Below are positions 28,471 through 42,351 of a stretch of 64,000 bases of DNA, piece by piece; position 1 is the first letter of the stretch, and each line of letters starts with the position of its first letter. The notes beneath the pieces are model-generated. The model was not told the origin of the DNA. It was given only the letters and a program-made list of their open reading frames with translations, and did no database searches. This DNA comes from Trichosphaerium sp. ATCC 40318 (Eukaryota; Protista; Tubulinea), in NCBI GenBank assembly GCA_038496445.1, contig JALMLS010000552.1:1-64000 (forward strand). Direction: 5' to 3'. The position numbers and the translations under genes are program-made.

Positions 28471-29600
28471 TCAACAAGCATTACCATTGACTTCAATTAC
28501 AGAAATAGCAATATTGTTATCACCTAAACTCCAAGCGCAACCAATAACAGGTATCTCTGTGCTTGCTGGCCAAGGATTGTAGAAGTCAATCTAAACCAAA
28601 AAAGTCAACGTGTTGAACAACAGAAAGTGACAAACGTACAAATTTAGTTCCAGTTTCTGTGGCAGAGGCGGAGGTTACTGCACCAGTAGAGGACCAGCAA
28701 TTGTTTGTAGTGGCGCCAGCTGGAGAAACTTGTCTCACTCTTATTGTCTGGATTGGAGCCCCACTTGATGGCGCTGTGAGGGAAACAATGACGTTCATAC
28801 CGCTACCCCAGTCTAAAGAAAAAAATCAGAAAAAGAACCAAAAAAAAAGAAAGCAAATACTTACTGTTGATGTCAACGTTTGAGATTGTTGGACAGAATG
28901 CGTTACCAGATGGTGTAGGAGTGCTACCGCCCATAGGTGGAGGTGTGCCCATTGTTGGCGGTGGTGGAGGTGGAAGTGTGCCGCCAGAAACAAATTGTGC
29001 GACTGCAGGTCCAGTGAAGAAGAAAGGTGCGTTTACGTCGTATACAAGTCTGTAACCGCTGGCATCCAAAGGAAGATGACCAGGAATAGTGACGACTGGG
29101 GTCCAAGCAACACCACCAGTGTTTCCTCCAGTGATCGTGACATCAGCACATTGAAGGTAGTGCTCAACATTGATGACTTGTTGAAGAGCGTACCACTCCC
29201 AACGAAGAACTGCGTTGCCATTTGGTACCCAAGGAGGAATGTAGAGATCCCATTCGCGGATGAGATGACAATCTCTGATCTCAGCAATCTTAGCCCAAGT
29301 TTGTTCGTTGTCGAAGGAGAGGTAGAAAAAGCAATCTCCTGGATGTGGCGCTTCGAAAAACCATTCTGTTTTGTATGTTTGTCCGGCTACGTAAGTCGCT
29401 GTTGGAGCTACGAAAGGAAGGTTCCTGCACACGTGACCTGAAACCCAGTCGCCGTTCTGAAGAAAAACTGGAGCGTGTTGTTGGTCGATACGTCTACCAG
29501 CTTGAACATCTCTTGTTGTTGGTACTGTGATACGTCCATGGCCTGATACAAGCGAGATAACTGCACAAAGGCAAAGTAAAGCGATGAATCTCCCGTACAT
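28471..29600 (-). CDS. Lytic polysaccharide monooxygenase + Pro linker + CBM2-like module
   Basis: His directly after the signal peptide (VSG|HGRITVP), HPGDCFFYLS, and LRWEWYAL...EHYLQCADVTI. The spliced C-terminal domain FCPT..DINNWGSGMNV...NAC has terminal Cys and the WGSG motif of CBM2. Confidence 0.85.
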
Positions 29601-30619
29601 ATTTTGTAACTTTAATACGAGAGCTGGGTTGATGCGTTGCTTGTTGTTAAAGGAGAAATATGTTTTAAAACAAGTGGAAATTTGCATAAAAAAAAACGGA
29701 AAAAACTTGTGTACTGCTTTGTCGGACAAATATCTTACCCGTATAAATACAAAGCGGTTGCGTATGTGAGTTACCTGCAAGTTACTGGTAGTGTTAAGGC
29801 TATTACGTGGTATGATGCAGTGAGAATAAAATGCAAGCACTGAGAACAGTTCGCAAAAAAGCAATGTTGTCCTCCGTATGTTGAGCTTGTTTACATCACT
29901 TGCCAGCGTGTATACTAGCGCATCTTTTTCTGGACACTAGCGCTAGCTCGTAATTCTGTATGTAGCTTAAACTCGCCTTCAAAGGTACTGGTAGCGTCGA
30001 TCGAGCGTATGAAAGCGAAATATAAAGAAAAATAAAGTATTCGGGCTATTTCCAACCGAAAAGTGCTGTTTGCAGGCCCATCGAGCCGAAAATAACTACC
30101 CGAACTATTAGGCATTACCCGATACACAGCACAGCGCAGTCACAAATAAAATTGCTTTTTTAGCTGAGCAGCAAATACACAATTGGCAAAGTGAACGAAA
30201 AAAACAAACATACTTACCATATCACGTGATGTACAATCATGCGTGATGTCACTACGAAAACATAAAAGTTGAAGATTGTGAGACAGTCCTAGGGCTGGGT
30301 CCTTTGTTTTCAATGCAAGCGGAGGTGTGCAGACAAAGAAAAAGAAACGTAGTCATTCACGTGAACATGGCCAAGTTTCTCCATTTTTTTTTTTATTTTA
30401 ACGTGGTACACTATTTTGCTTCGCTGTTTGTCCCTTTTCAAACGTTTGTTAAAGTTCAATCACGTTAAAAGTAGTGTATAACGCGAGTACATGACAGTAC
30501 GTACCGCGGTAGAGGTGTACATCAGTTACTGCAATTGACACGTCACCTCTGATTTACGTTCTGGTACAACACTTACCAGTGTACTCAGAAAGTACTGTAC
30601 ACCTAGCTAACCAAAAAAA

Positions 30620-30868
30620 TCAAATAGTGAAATAAGCTCTACCCAAATGACGTTTTGGATCACGTTTGTTCCATGTGACCCATTTCTTTTTTATTGTATT
30701 TCTCCGCGTAGCCTTTTGCGATAAAACTGGTCGAAAGTGTTCATATGTAGCTCTACTTTTATCGTACAGTGCTCGTAAGTCAGTCATCGCTACACTTGAG
30801 GTACGTTCGTTTTTACCCAGCGCTATAGTTTGCGTATAGTTCAACGTATTACCGAGTACTAGTTCCAT
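30620..30868 (-). CDS. Hypothetical small basic protein
   Basis: 82-aa ATG-initiated ORF in aacATG context; no recognised motif. Confidence 0.3.
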   Translation of the reverse strand: MELVLGNTLNYTQTIALGKNERTSSVAMTDLRALYDKSRATYEHFRPVLSQKATRRNTIKKKWVTWNKRDPKRHLGRAYFTI

Positions 30869-31139
30869 GTTACGAATAGTTAATTGTCTTTGTGTTCATA
30901 AGTTTAGTTAAAAAAAATACGGCGAGCTTTCTCGTAAGTACGTTACGTATGTACTTTCTCTCCTATCTTGATTCTTACATTTTATATATCCAAGTACTAA
31001 GAATGTTATGCGATCATTCGTACTAATGGACAAGTAAACCCCAAAGTGTTTTGAGACACATTGTTCACTTCGTTCAACATTTCAATATTTTTTATTTGCT
31101 TTTTTTTTTTCGGTTTTTTTTTAGAATCCTCTCAGCGTA

Positions 31140-34100
31140 TCAATAGTTGTACGTCTTGAATAATAGCTACCAAACTTACTATCTGTGTCACTATCGTCTT
31201 CTATTTTTTCTAACGAAAGGATCAGTAAAATTACAGTAAGGCGTGAGACGTGAAAAAACAAGCCTGCCAATTATTTTTGAAAAAGGTAATAAAAAAAAAT
31301 GAAATTAACATAAAAGCTCAACAGCACGGTGATAAATATCTCAAAATAGTTTTCTCCAAACCACTCCTATTAGACGATTTTCGTATTAGAATAAAGCGCA
31401 ATTGTTTTGCGTCTACAACGAGAAATGTATGTTTTGGTTCAAAGTCGTTTCGCTTAAATTTAAAGAAAAGATAAAGAAGACATACCTTCTTCTGGTTCAC
31501 TAGGCTTTACTTCTTCGATTGTACCTTCAGATGATCTCACCATATAGCGTACACGATGAAATGATACTGTATCTGGTACAACTTTACCAAGATCTAATAC
31601 TTTTGTTCTACAAGTAGGATATATCTTTGAAAAAAAATGTTTTGTTATTCCGATTGGATCATCTAAAAAAACAGTTTTAGCGACAGTTGATTGACTGATT
31701 GTTATGTTTTAATAGAATAAGATATGTTTAAGAGTTGTTTAAGCGTATATTTGGAATGATTGATGTACCTAGGGTGGCGATGTAGTCAAGACCATTAAAA
31801 GTCTCTGAAAAATCTTCATCGTCAGGAAAAAATCGATGAACAACGTAATCTCGGAACGTCTCCAAAAATTCATGGTTTAATGAAACTCTATTCTAAAGAA
31901 TATATTAAACAACACACTAGCGCATACACCAAAAAAAAAAGAAAAGAAACAAAAAGAAGCAAAGAAAACACAAAAGAAGGTAAAAAATTTTTGGGCAATT
32001 CACGAAAAAAAAAACGCAATAAGTCTTGTAGGTGTATGTATTTTTTTAAAAACTATCCTTTTCACCAAACCAATATATCAATGTGTTTATAAAAGTAAAT
32101 TGAGATTTCACATAGCAAATTATGAAAGAGAGCGAAAAGGCGAAAGAAAAAAAAACCCCAAAAACCAAGAAAAAAATAAGATTTTGTTAACGTTTACGTA
32201 CCTGTTTAATATCATGACATAATGTCAATGCGGATTCAATAGATGGTGAACACCGTAGTAACATAACACTTCTATCAGTATCCAAACAATTCAAAGGCAA
32301 CAAATCCTTTAAACTTTCATAAAGGTCCCAAACAAGACTTTCTGGCATTTTTTCGTTATACTTCAAACAACCATCCAAAGCAGTATTCAAAACATCAGGT
32401 CCTCGTCCTGTAATATCTCCTAAGCAGGCTACAAAGTCGTCATAGGAGTCAGCATAGTTTATCTTCAACATAAACGCCTTATCAGATATATCAACGCCAT
32501 TCTGTTGCATCAAGTTTATAAACTTCAAAGAATAACTCTTCTTCAACATTGACTGTTGATTCACATTCTTTCCGTCTCCTTCTCTTGATAGTTTTTCCAA
32601 AATGTCATCACATATCTTAGTTAACAAAGAGTGATCAATACCAACCTTTACAGCCTTTAAAGCTACTTCTATGACAACATCAAGATTAGGTTCAGGCTTA
32701 ATCATCAAACTCTCCAAGGAATAAACAAAAAGCCTTCCATCGTGTTCATTAGCATTCCTTAAAAGTCCCATTATCTTGTTTTCCATGCTATACGTTCTAG
32801 ATCCATTTTTCATCCTATAGGCCTGAACTCTAAGTGCTGATTCGTAGTTCTTCTCTGAGTGGAAAATACCCAAAATCCTGTCACCAAAAGTACCAATAAG
32901 CGGCTCAGTAGTAGACTCTAAGTGTTCCCAAAGAGATACAACACTAAGATCATCTACAAGAGGAGAAGAACCACTATACTCCTTCATTAATATTCTTAGA
33001 GGATTTTCTTGGAATGTTGATCCGTTTCTTGCTGATAGAAGAATAGATTTATGAAAACTATGAATAGATATCATATGGTTGTTTCTAATCATTTCAGAAG
33101 TGACATTAGCGACGAGTTGACATGTATCTTTTGATACACTGACACCTTGCTTTATAGCCTCCTCTACTGTCTCAGAAACCTTATAACGCTTTACACCGCT
33201 ATAATTATCTGAAAATTGCTTTGCAAGGAGGTCGTAGAGTTCAGATGCTAAGGCAATGTTTGCTTCTTTAAAAAAAAGAAAAATCGTTAAAGCAGTTTCA
33301 ACGGGCGTCTTAGAGTTCATAATGCACAATATGAGTGGCGTGTTACATGTGTTGTTGAGCGTAACATTATTCTTCTTCATACTTTCTAGTACATCATGAG
33401 ATGCTCCATTTCGCTTATTGGTGATACAATGAGCGAGAATATTGCAGTAAACTGAAGCGTCCACTTTAATGTTTTGAGATTTTGCTTCTTTCAAAAGCGT
33501 TCGAGCCATATGTGAATTGATACCCATCACTGCCTCATACTCATCCTTTTCAGGTATTATACCTACTGATAGTAGATTTTCTAGCTGATTAAACGCATAT
33601 GTAGTATCGCCAATAACTGGTACTGCAGCAGAGAAATTATCTCGTATTTTTTGTGGATTTAAAGGCGTTTCTGTTAGACTCTGTTCATATATCGCTTTAC
33701 GCCTCATATCTTCCTCTAAAATTCAAATTTTAGGCGTTTAAGGGAAAGTAGTAATGATCCGAAGAATTACATTTTTGACACGTCAAGCAAATTGCAAAAT
33801 GTCAGAAAAAAATGAGAACGAAATGTTCGCCTGTTTTTTTGCTTCGCCCACGCATACCTGTCATTAAATATTTTTTCGGCGCTATTTTTGTTGTTGAGCT
33901 ATTGAAAGAACGCTATAGAATTGTAATTAGAGATTTTTTGAATTTATTCCTTTTTTGCGTAATATTTGGCGTACATTAGAGCCAGCGCGATTATTCCGAT
34001 CTGATCTGGTTGAAAATGAATCTCTTTGTTTTCCAGTACTTGTTCGACGCTGTTTTACGCTTTCAGAACTTTCCTTTATAAACATGTCAGTAATGTAATA

Positions 34101-34603
34101 TTTAAACCTATGGTAACGTACCTGTGATACTGAGGGGTTGTTTGTGGTGCTTTTTGTTTTACTTTTTACCGATGGACCGGTTTTGTCTCTTTCTTCCTTA
34201 GAAACGTACTTGCGTACGCTATTGTTAATTTGGCTGGTGCTCCGAGCGTTCTTTCTTAGTTTTATTACATTCGCGACCTACGCGTAAATTCAGTTTTAGA
34301 GAAACACAAAGCAAGCATTGCGAAGGTTACGAGCTTTTTGGCAAATAAATTACGTTTTTAATCAGTACATCACTCTTTCGCGTACCCTTAGGCTGCCGTG
34401 CGCTGTTGCAGTGTTCTGGTACCAATAACCTCGTAACATGTGAGGTCCTTGGCCAAGTCCTACGTGCCCAAGGCGTAGGCTATTTAATACCCTTTGATGG
34501 CTATTTGTTTCGCACTGTTCTGTACACTTCGCTATTGCCTTAACAAATTTAAGGCTCACGGAGAGCAAACACTCCAGAATCGCTTAAGAAGCTTCATTGC
34601 CAT
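31140..34603 (-). CDS. Large helical-repeat (PPR-like) protein, possibly mitochondrial (multi-exon; boundaries approximate)
   Basis: 1.5-kb exon 32187-33707 with PPR-like VDASVYCNILAHC...VLESMKKNNV. Basic N-terminus MAMKLLKRFWSV. Further exons at ~31470-31660 and 31770-31860. Confidence 0.5.
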
Positions 34604-35175
34604 ACGATTTTTATTCGCGTCAATTAATTAGTTCGAACCGTTCTTGTTGGCATAGACAGTATAAACGAATCTTCTAAACCGCATATCGCCTGCAAACTAG
34701 TTGTGTCCTCATTTTACATCTGTTTTGAGTAGTTTGTGACTTATTGTTCTTGTTTCATAATAAATACAAACCCTACGGTATGGTTTTATTGCTTTTACGC
34801 TAGACGCGAACTTAAAACGCTTGTGGAATAAAAACTACCAACTTGTTTGAGCACGTTACCAATATGCTATTATCGACGTTCAAAACGCTATTAAACGTAC
34901 AAAACAACCAGTTGCTAGTTTTTATAGCTAGTTTGTAGCTTTTTTATAAACCAAGTACACCCGAAAGAAACTCAATCGTGGTGATATCCTCCTCTCCTCA
35001 CAAAATAGATCGAAACCAAATCTATATGGTATTACCATTTTCGGAACAAACTAAAAAAATTACAATTGAGACAAAAGATTAAATCTAGACGCCCTTTGCG
35101 AGTTGTGAACATAATCGCGGAAATAGTTTTGTAGTAAACTGAAAGTCCTTTTTCCGGAAAAGACAAAAATATAAA

Positions 35176-36578
35176 ATGCACACTACCACAGCAACACTTG
35201 CTCTTTTTCTCCTATTTACAACACTGTATGCACAAACAGTGTATATAACGTACTATACGGGAACAGATTGTAATGGTGTTGGAGACACACCAGTAGCGAT
35301 TGAATGTGGAGCACCATGCGCTCCATTTGATCTAGGTGGTTCTACGGTTTTTGGTACACTAGCTTGTACAGCAACAGTACGTTTGTTATTATTAACGTTC
35401 CGATTACTTTAAACGCTTACCCCTACATAGACTGCTACTGCTACAGTGTCGCCTATTTCCGGATGTTCTCTTGGCGCTCAAACTATTAGCGTAGATTTCG
35501 ATACAGGTTGCACAGCAGTACCAATTGTAGGCGGTACGCCTTGGTTTAAATAGCTTAATTTTAGAGAAAATATTTAAAACAGCCGAAAATGCAACTAGCC
35601 TCGTCATATCCAAAATGGCTCCTTTAGCGCTAGTTACGCACGAAAAACTATTAGTGATCATTTTTAGTTTAGTTCAAATTACCAAATTGTACACTCAAGC
35701 TTGATTCTTACTTTTCCTAAGGACGCGTATCAGCAACAAAAACTGTACCTGCCACTCCACCACCGTCCACACTACCTCCAACTACTGTCCCACCTACAAC
35801 ATTGCCCCCAACTACCATGCCACCTACTACAGTGCCTCCAACTACGATGCCACCTACAACGGCGCCACCTACCACATTGCCTCCAACTACCATGCCACCT
35901 ACAACACTACCTCCGACTACCTTGTCACCTACCACAGTGGCTCCAACTACGATGCCACCTACCACGCCACCACCGTCCACACTACCTCCAACTACTGTCC
36001 CACCTACCACATTTCCTCCAACTACTGTCCCACCTACAACATTTCCCCCAACTACCATGCCACCTACTACAGTGCCTCCAACTACGATGCCACCTACAAC
36101 GGCGGCACCTTCTAATGCTGCTGTACCTACTACAATGGCTCCAAGTACTATGGCACCTACAATGCCACCTACGACTGAGTCACCAACTATGGCACCAACA
36201 ACTGGGGTACCGACAACTGAGTCGCCTACAACAGACTCTCCAACTACGATACCTACAACCGAGGCACCAACAATACCAATTCCGCCTACGACTGAGGCAC
36301 CTACAACAGCGTCTCCGACTATGACACCTACAACTGAGGCACCTACAATGCCAACAGCGCCAGTTCTACCTACAACAGAAGCACCTACTATGACAAGTGC
36401 ACCAACTACCGCTATGCCTACTGCCGGTACAAATACTCGCAGCACAGGTTCGTTTGTTTATTAGTTTATAGCTTACAGTGTTATTACATGCTAACTTTGT
36501 TTTTAAGGAGTATCTGCATTGAAATCATTCAGTGCTTTGTTGTTGGGACTTGTAATGATCACATTGCTGTCATTGTAA
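35176..36578 (+). CDS. Mucin-like surface protein, probably GPI-anchored (copy 1)
   Basis: Signal peptide, small Cys domain (YYTGTDCNG..IECGAPC), long PPTT(L/M/V/F) stalk, and short hydrophobic last exon VSALKSFSALLLGLVMITLLSL*. Confidence 0.85.
35745..36425 (+). repeat. 15-bp-unit coding minisatellite (PPTTx)
   Basis: cc(a/t)cc(a/t)ac(n)ac(n)xxx units, with a higher-order duplication (35752-35865 similar to 35962-36105). Confidence 0.85.
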
Positions 36579-37564
36579 CCATGGCTTCAAAAGAGAAATA
36601 AGAAAAAAAAAAGGAATCAAAAACAGTTTGTTATTTGAACGTGATGATTGTGAAACAAATACCTTGTAGTTATTACAATAAATATCAAATTCTAGGCAAT
36701 TGCACACCCGAATCTTACACCAAACTATATCGTCAGTTATGCTTAAAGTCGCAACTAGCAGCTGTAATATCTGTACAATTCTTGTTTTTCTCCAATTGCC
36801 TGACTGGGACAATCCCCGCCTCAGCGACAGCTTATATCTACAAAATGAGTTTTACCTATAGCATAGCATAGGTAGTCTTGAATCAATCACTATTGAAAGT
36901 GTAGCGATACTACGCCTGCTCAAACGAACGGTAAGCAGTTTGAAGCTAAAAACTATCAAGCCGCTTTAAAATATGCTTGTTCACAACTCCTACGCATGTG
37001 AAAGTGAGATTTTTCGCAATTAAATGTACAAAAACATGCGTGTACTAAAAATAGATTGTTAAAGCCATTGGATGCATTAGGAGTTGATCGATTAGCGATA
37101 AAACAGATTAACGATAATCCCATTTCAATCCGTTTTTCAGTTCATCATTAGTACCTTGTACGACAATCTATTTTTTGAGCATTTTAGCTCAATTGTTACT
37201 TTTTTTATTGATAATCCGGGTCAATTCCTGCACCACCCAGAAATAGCAAAGGAGCGCTACAAAGAACGGCGGAGTTGGTTCCGGCAGGTTTTAATAAACA
37301 TTGACTTATTCATGTACTCCAAAACTTCGTCTGCTCGTAACGTATCTTCCTGCGTTTAGTGGGTTGTCAGATTCCCCAGAAACCTTTCAGTAAATAAATA
37401 ACAACATAGCGATTATCTCCACGTGTACAGTAATAATAAACACAGAGAATACAACGCCTCCCAAATAGTCTTAAACTCTCAGCAATGCGGGTGCTATAAC
37501 TCAATAGTTAGGGAAATAGTTTTGTAGTATACTAAAAGTAATTCCGAAATACAAAAAATATAAA

Positions 37565-38522
37565 ATGCACACTACCACAGCAACACTTGCTCTTTTTCTC
37601 CTATTTACAACACTGTATGCACAAACAGTGTATGTAACGTACTATACGGGAACAAATTGTAATGGTGTAGGAGACACTCCGTCAGAGATTGAATGTGGAG
37701 CACCATGCGCTCCATTTGATCTAGGTGGTTCTTCCGGTTATGCTACAATAGCTTGTACAGCAACAGTACGTTTGTTATTATTAACGTTCTGATTACTTTA
37801 AAATACTTACACCTACATAGGCTGCTACTGCTACAATGTCGCCTATTTCCGGATGTTCTCTTGGCGCTCAAACTATTAGAGTCGATTTTGATACAGGTTG
37901 CACAGCAGTACCAATTATAGGTGGTACGGCTTGGTAGAAATAGCTTCTTTATAAAGATATAACAAGAATTGATCCGGATTGTCTATTCTGTTATTTACAA
38001 CATGCCTTGTTAACTACTTGTGGGATGCATTTTTACTTTTGGTTAGGACATGTATCAGCAACAAAAACTCCACCTACCATTCCACCACCTACCACACTAC
38101 CTCCAACTACTATTTTGCCACCTACCACATTTCCCCCAACCACCATGCCACCTACTACTACTTTGCCTCCAACTACGATGCCACCTACAACAACACCTAC
38201 TACAATGACACCTACAACTGAGGCACCTACAACAGAAGCTACAATGCCTCCAAGCACTATGGCACCAAAAACCATACCGCCTACAACTATGGCATCTACA
38301 ACTGACGTACCTACAACAGAAGCACCTACTGTTCCTACTATGACAAGTGCACCAACTACCATAGCTACAAATACTAACACAGGTTCGTTTGCTTAAACCG
38401 GATTTAGTTTATAGCTCACAGTGTTTGATCACATGCTAACTTGTTTTTAAGGAGTATCTGTATTAAAATCTTTCAGTGCTTTGTTGTTGGGACTTGTAAT
38501 GATCACATTGCTGTCATTGTAA
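37565..38522 (+). CDS. Mucin-like surface protein (copy 2, tandem paralogue, shorter stalk)
   Basis: Identical signal peptide, the same intron positions and a near-identical last exon to 35176-36578. Confidence 0.85.
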
Positions 38523-38922
38523 CCATAGATTCAAAAGAGAAAAAAAAAGGAATCAAAAACAGTTTTTTATTTGATCCTATTATCGTGAATCTCACTCAAT
38601 CATTCTTTTAATAAAACAAATATCTTGTAGTTATTACAAATAAAATATCAAATTCTACAACTCGTTTATTTTGGGTGAAAAAAATTACGAATTTTGAAAA
38701 TTCCGAGGTGGATGCTGTGCTACCATTTTATTGTTTAGTTGCAAATTTTTCCAGTTTTGACCGCCAACCTTTTGTCCTTCTTAACACCATTGATACTAGT
38801 CTTCAAATCGTGTTTTTTGTTTTCTAGTACACGTGATATTTTAGTCAAAACATTTGAGATAGACAAAGCTATTTTCCGCTTCATGAGCAAGAAAAAATGA
38901 TCAGAGGTCCACTATAGACTAG

Positions 38923-39626
38923 CTAAAGAATTTCTGGACCTAATATCGATGGAGGCTTCTTTGATAGACGCTCAGCTCTTTCATTTTCTATTCGTATTAA
39001 CTCTGATAAAAGCTCTGCTTCCTTTTTGCTCATTTGTTCATGTTGCTCGTCTGTTTCATGCTCATAACCCATTAAGTGACATACACCATGTATGACGAGT
39101 CGTGGAAGGTAACTGTTAATACAGTAGCCCTTCCTTTCGCATTGTTTCTTGACATAAGGTATTGATATAATAATGTCACCTAAATCGCTTATAGTGTTAC
39201 CAGCAGAGTCCATTTCGGCCTGAGGCGGTACACCAGGATACATACGATCATCCTAATGGTGTTTTAATACGACTAGAGAACAAACAAAAGTGACACGAAG
39301 CGCCAGAAAGAAAACTTGTTTGAAAGTAAACTTTGCGTACTGTAAACGGTATTGAGAGGATATCCGTAGGCCTGTCAATACCACGAATGCGTTTGTTGTA
39401 TTTAAGAATAGTTTTATTGTTTGTAAGGACAACACTCAAATCATAGTCACGTACGTCCTTTGAAACCGTCAGTACTACAAGACCGATTGGTTGTTTGACA
39501 GTTGGTAAATAAATTTATTAAACGTACCAAAACGCGTAAAACAGTCTTTGTACGCCGTTTCAGTGCAATTGTATTGATTTTATGACCTTTTTGGCGGTTA
39601 AGAATGTTTAGAGTTCCTAATTTCAT
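38923..39626 (-). CDS. ybeY: YbeY rRNA-maturation endoribonuclease (organellar type)
   Basis: Spliced motifs YNKRIRGIDRPTDILSIP, LGDIIISIP and LVIHGVCHLMGYEHE (H3xH5xH). Confidence 0.92.
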
Positions 39627-39843
39627 TTTCGGCACTCCTAACTCTTATACGCTGAGGATACGAGATGCTCTAAAGGGTCACAGAATATTTAAACTTAAAT
39701 CAAGTACAGATTCCGCCAATTATACATTGAACATCACACCTAGCACTTTGCTGGTATGTACATGTCCAAATCCTGTTTCTTATTCGCAACGATTGCAGTT
39801 GACTTTCATATTTCTGAAAACGCGGACAAACCTAAAGCAACAA

Positions 39844-41177
39844 ATGCGTAGAGTAAAAAATTGGTTTCAACCGACGTGGTTCTCTAAATCGTACATTATT
39901 GATTGGATCGTTACAATAGCGGTGTTTCTTGTTGAAGCGCCATTGGTACGTTAAAATAATACTCTAGTTTCATCCTAACGCTGTAGTAGTCTAATTTAGT
40001 GCTAAAACCGTATGTTCGTTTTCTCCCTGAAAATCTAGGCATTGTGGCATATCCTACCACGCCTAGTACAATTCCGCGTACGATATTCATTGCTTGAGGC
40101 GCATTCATTGTTTTATTTTTAATTATCTTGTTTTAGCGTGGTTGCTTATTCTGGTATCTCTTGGCGTACCTGTGTTCGTTTTTGGCGTGTTCTACATGCT
40201 CTTCTGGAAGAGAAAGTCATTGCATGATTTCCACCACGCAATGCTTGGTATGGTTCAAGCTTTTGTGTTTAATAACTTGTTTACGGATGCGATAAAGGTT
40301 TCATGTGGTCGTTATAGGTACTTATGCTCTCTGGGAGACAAGAATTAAACCACAAAAAAAAAAAGTCTTTTTTTCCTTCTTTGACAACTTCTGTTGTTTT
40401 ACGCTTTGGTGTTTAAGAAAAACTTATATATGTATTAGACCTGATTACCTTGATCGTGTTAAACATAATACAGGACTTGAGAGTGGAAGGTAATTTCAAA
40501 TAAGACGAGTATTCGCATGTTCTTTTGCATTAATTTTTTTTTGGGTTTTAGACGTAGCTTCCCTTCAGGACATTCTTCAACATCATTCTGTGCAATGGTT
40601 TTTGTTGCATTATACTTAAATGCTAAATTAGGTGTTTTCAAGAAGTACGGTGGTGGTACGTGCTCTTAAAATCGTTTTTTTTTGAAGTTCTGATCTTGGC
40701 GGTTTTTTTTTGTTTATTGTTTTTTTAAGAGGTTTGGAAGGTTCTAATTACAATGATGCCTCTTTCACTTAGTTGTGCTATTGCTGTTACTAGAACAAGA
40801 GATTATCACCACAACTTTTCTGATATTCTCGCTGGTGCAATCATTGGATCAGGTCCGTCTCATCAAAGCTAATGTCTTTTATCACTTTTTTTTTTTTTGA
40901 TATCACGTGACATTTTTCAACTTATTCTCTTTCATTGTTCTTACTGATTTTTGCATATTTAGTAATCGCACTGTATTGTTATCATTTGCATTTTCCTGTA
41001 CTATGGAGTGATAACGCAGAATATCCAAAAACAAGACAACCACAGAATAAAAGTGGTCAGGCAAAGTACGACTATTTCAAACAAGTTGATGAAAATGATG
41101 AAATTGCTGATGTAGAAGATATCCTCGTTACAGAGAATCCGATAAATACGAACGAGACGGACGATGGGTTTGATTAA
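39844..41177 (+). CDS. PAP2-family lipid phosphate phosphatase (DPP1/LPP-like), multi-exon
   Basis: C1 KVSCGRY|RPD, C2 SFPSGHSS and C3 TRTRDYHHNFSDILAG, with several TM helices. Head-to-head with ybeY, ~217 bp apart. Confidence 0.92.
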
Positions 41178-41723
41178 TGGCCGTGTATACTATAGTTAAA
41201 AAGCCTTCACATCTGTAAGAACGCAAGTTTATACAAGGTAAAAAAAAGTGACAATTTGATAATAATAAAAACCAAAGCGCTTGTTAATGTTTTACCCCCT
41301 TTCATGTACAACTCGTAGATATCATTGTGACATTTTAAATAACCTTTGTATTTTCCAATTAAGCACTTGAAGTTTGTCCTCACGTCTTGCATGATTTTGA
41401 CTGAACATGTAGACATTTCAGGCGTTTGATCAGAACGAGATTGACTACCAGAACGTGACCTACGACAACAGCACAGGATAGCAAGCAGAAATCACCCTCC
41501 GCACCCTTAATAATTTGGAAAACCTTTCTCAAAACAAAATTTTTTCGAAAACTTTATTTTACATTTCGCGATAGTGTATTTTGTAAATAAACCACACGCT
41601 CGCTCTGCGCTAGAGCTATCTGTCAGGGACAGATGTATTCCTCTCCTCCCAGATCGTCTTTGCTGTTTGATTGGTACAGGTCTGATTTAATATTTGAAAA
41701 CTCTTTTTTTTTTTGTCCACGTG

Positions 41724-42239
41724 TTACAAAGTGAACGATACGCTAAATACTGCTATGCTTAACACCACCGATAGAATCATTGATAGCCCAAATCCAACGC
41801 CATGTGTATCCCCAATATACATTATTCTATTACTTTGTACTAATCCATAAAACATCGCTGTGAATGCCATGACAATACTTACAACCATCAACGCCGCTCG
41901 TAAAAAGTTTCTGCTTAAAACCCTCTGATAAGCCAGTAACACTAAAAATACTACAAGTCCCCAGTTGAGTATACCTATTATTTGAGCACAGTTTATTGTA
42001 CAACTACAATATACGTTGCTGTCTATGTTGTTTAAATCCGTTTTACACACCATGTTGTTGTAGTACGATGATAACATGTCAATGTTCATTATTGCACAGA
42101 TAATCAATATTGGAGTTATAAATAGAAGCCTATGTACTTTAATATGTTGCTGATACATTATGGGTGCTTCGATACAAAAAGTTTGGACGATGTTAAGCAC
42201 CAAAACCCATATAAAAGGGTAAAGGTCAATGATGTTCAT
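41724..42239 (-). CDS. Intronless multi-pass membrane protein, unknown family
   Basis: 171-aa ORF with ~5 hydrophobic segments and a Cys-containing loop. Confidence 0.55.
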   Translation of the reverse strand: MNIIDLYPFIWVLVLNIVQTFCIEAPIMYQQHIKVHRLLFITPILIICAIMNIDMLSSYYNNMVCKTDLNNIDSNVYCSCTINCAQIIGILNWGLVVFLVLLAYQRVLSRNFLRAALMVVSIVMAFTAMFYGLVQSNRIMYIGDTHGVGFGLSMILSVVLSIAVFSVSFTL

Positions 42240-42351
42240 AAATCATTCAACATACTGGAGGTACGGAATAATCAAGTAAAGTATGCACATGTTCTTTAAA
42301 CAACATTTATTGATGACAATTTGCTAAGCTTTGCTCGTACTTTGAAGGACA

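Noticed and set aside
35717-36445. Val/Gly-rich and Leu/Gln/His-rich ORFs (also 4898-5170, 4936-5286, 35701-36324, 38033-38380, 10065-10424)
   Set aside because: Antisense or off-frame shadows of the Pro/Thr stalk repeats.
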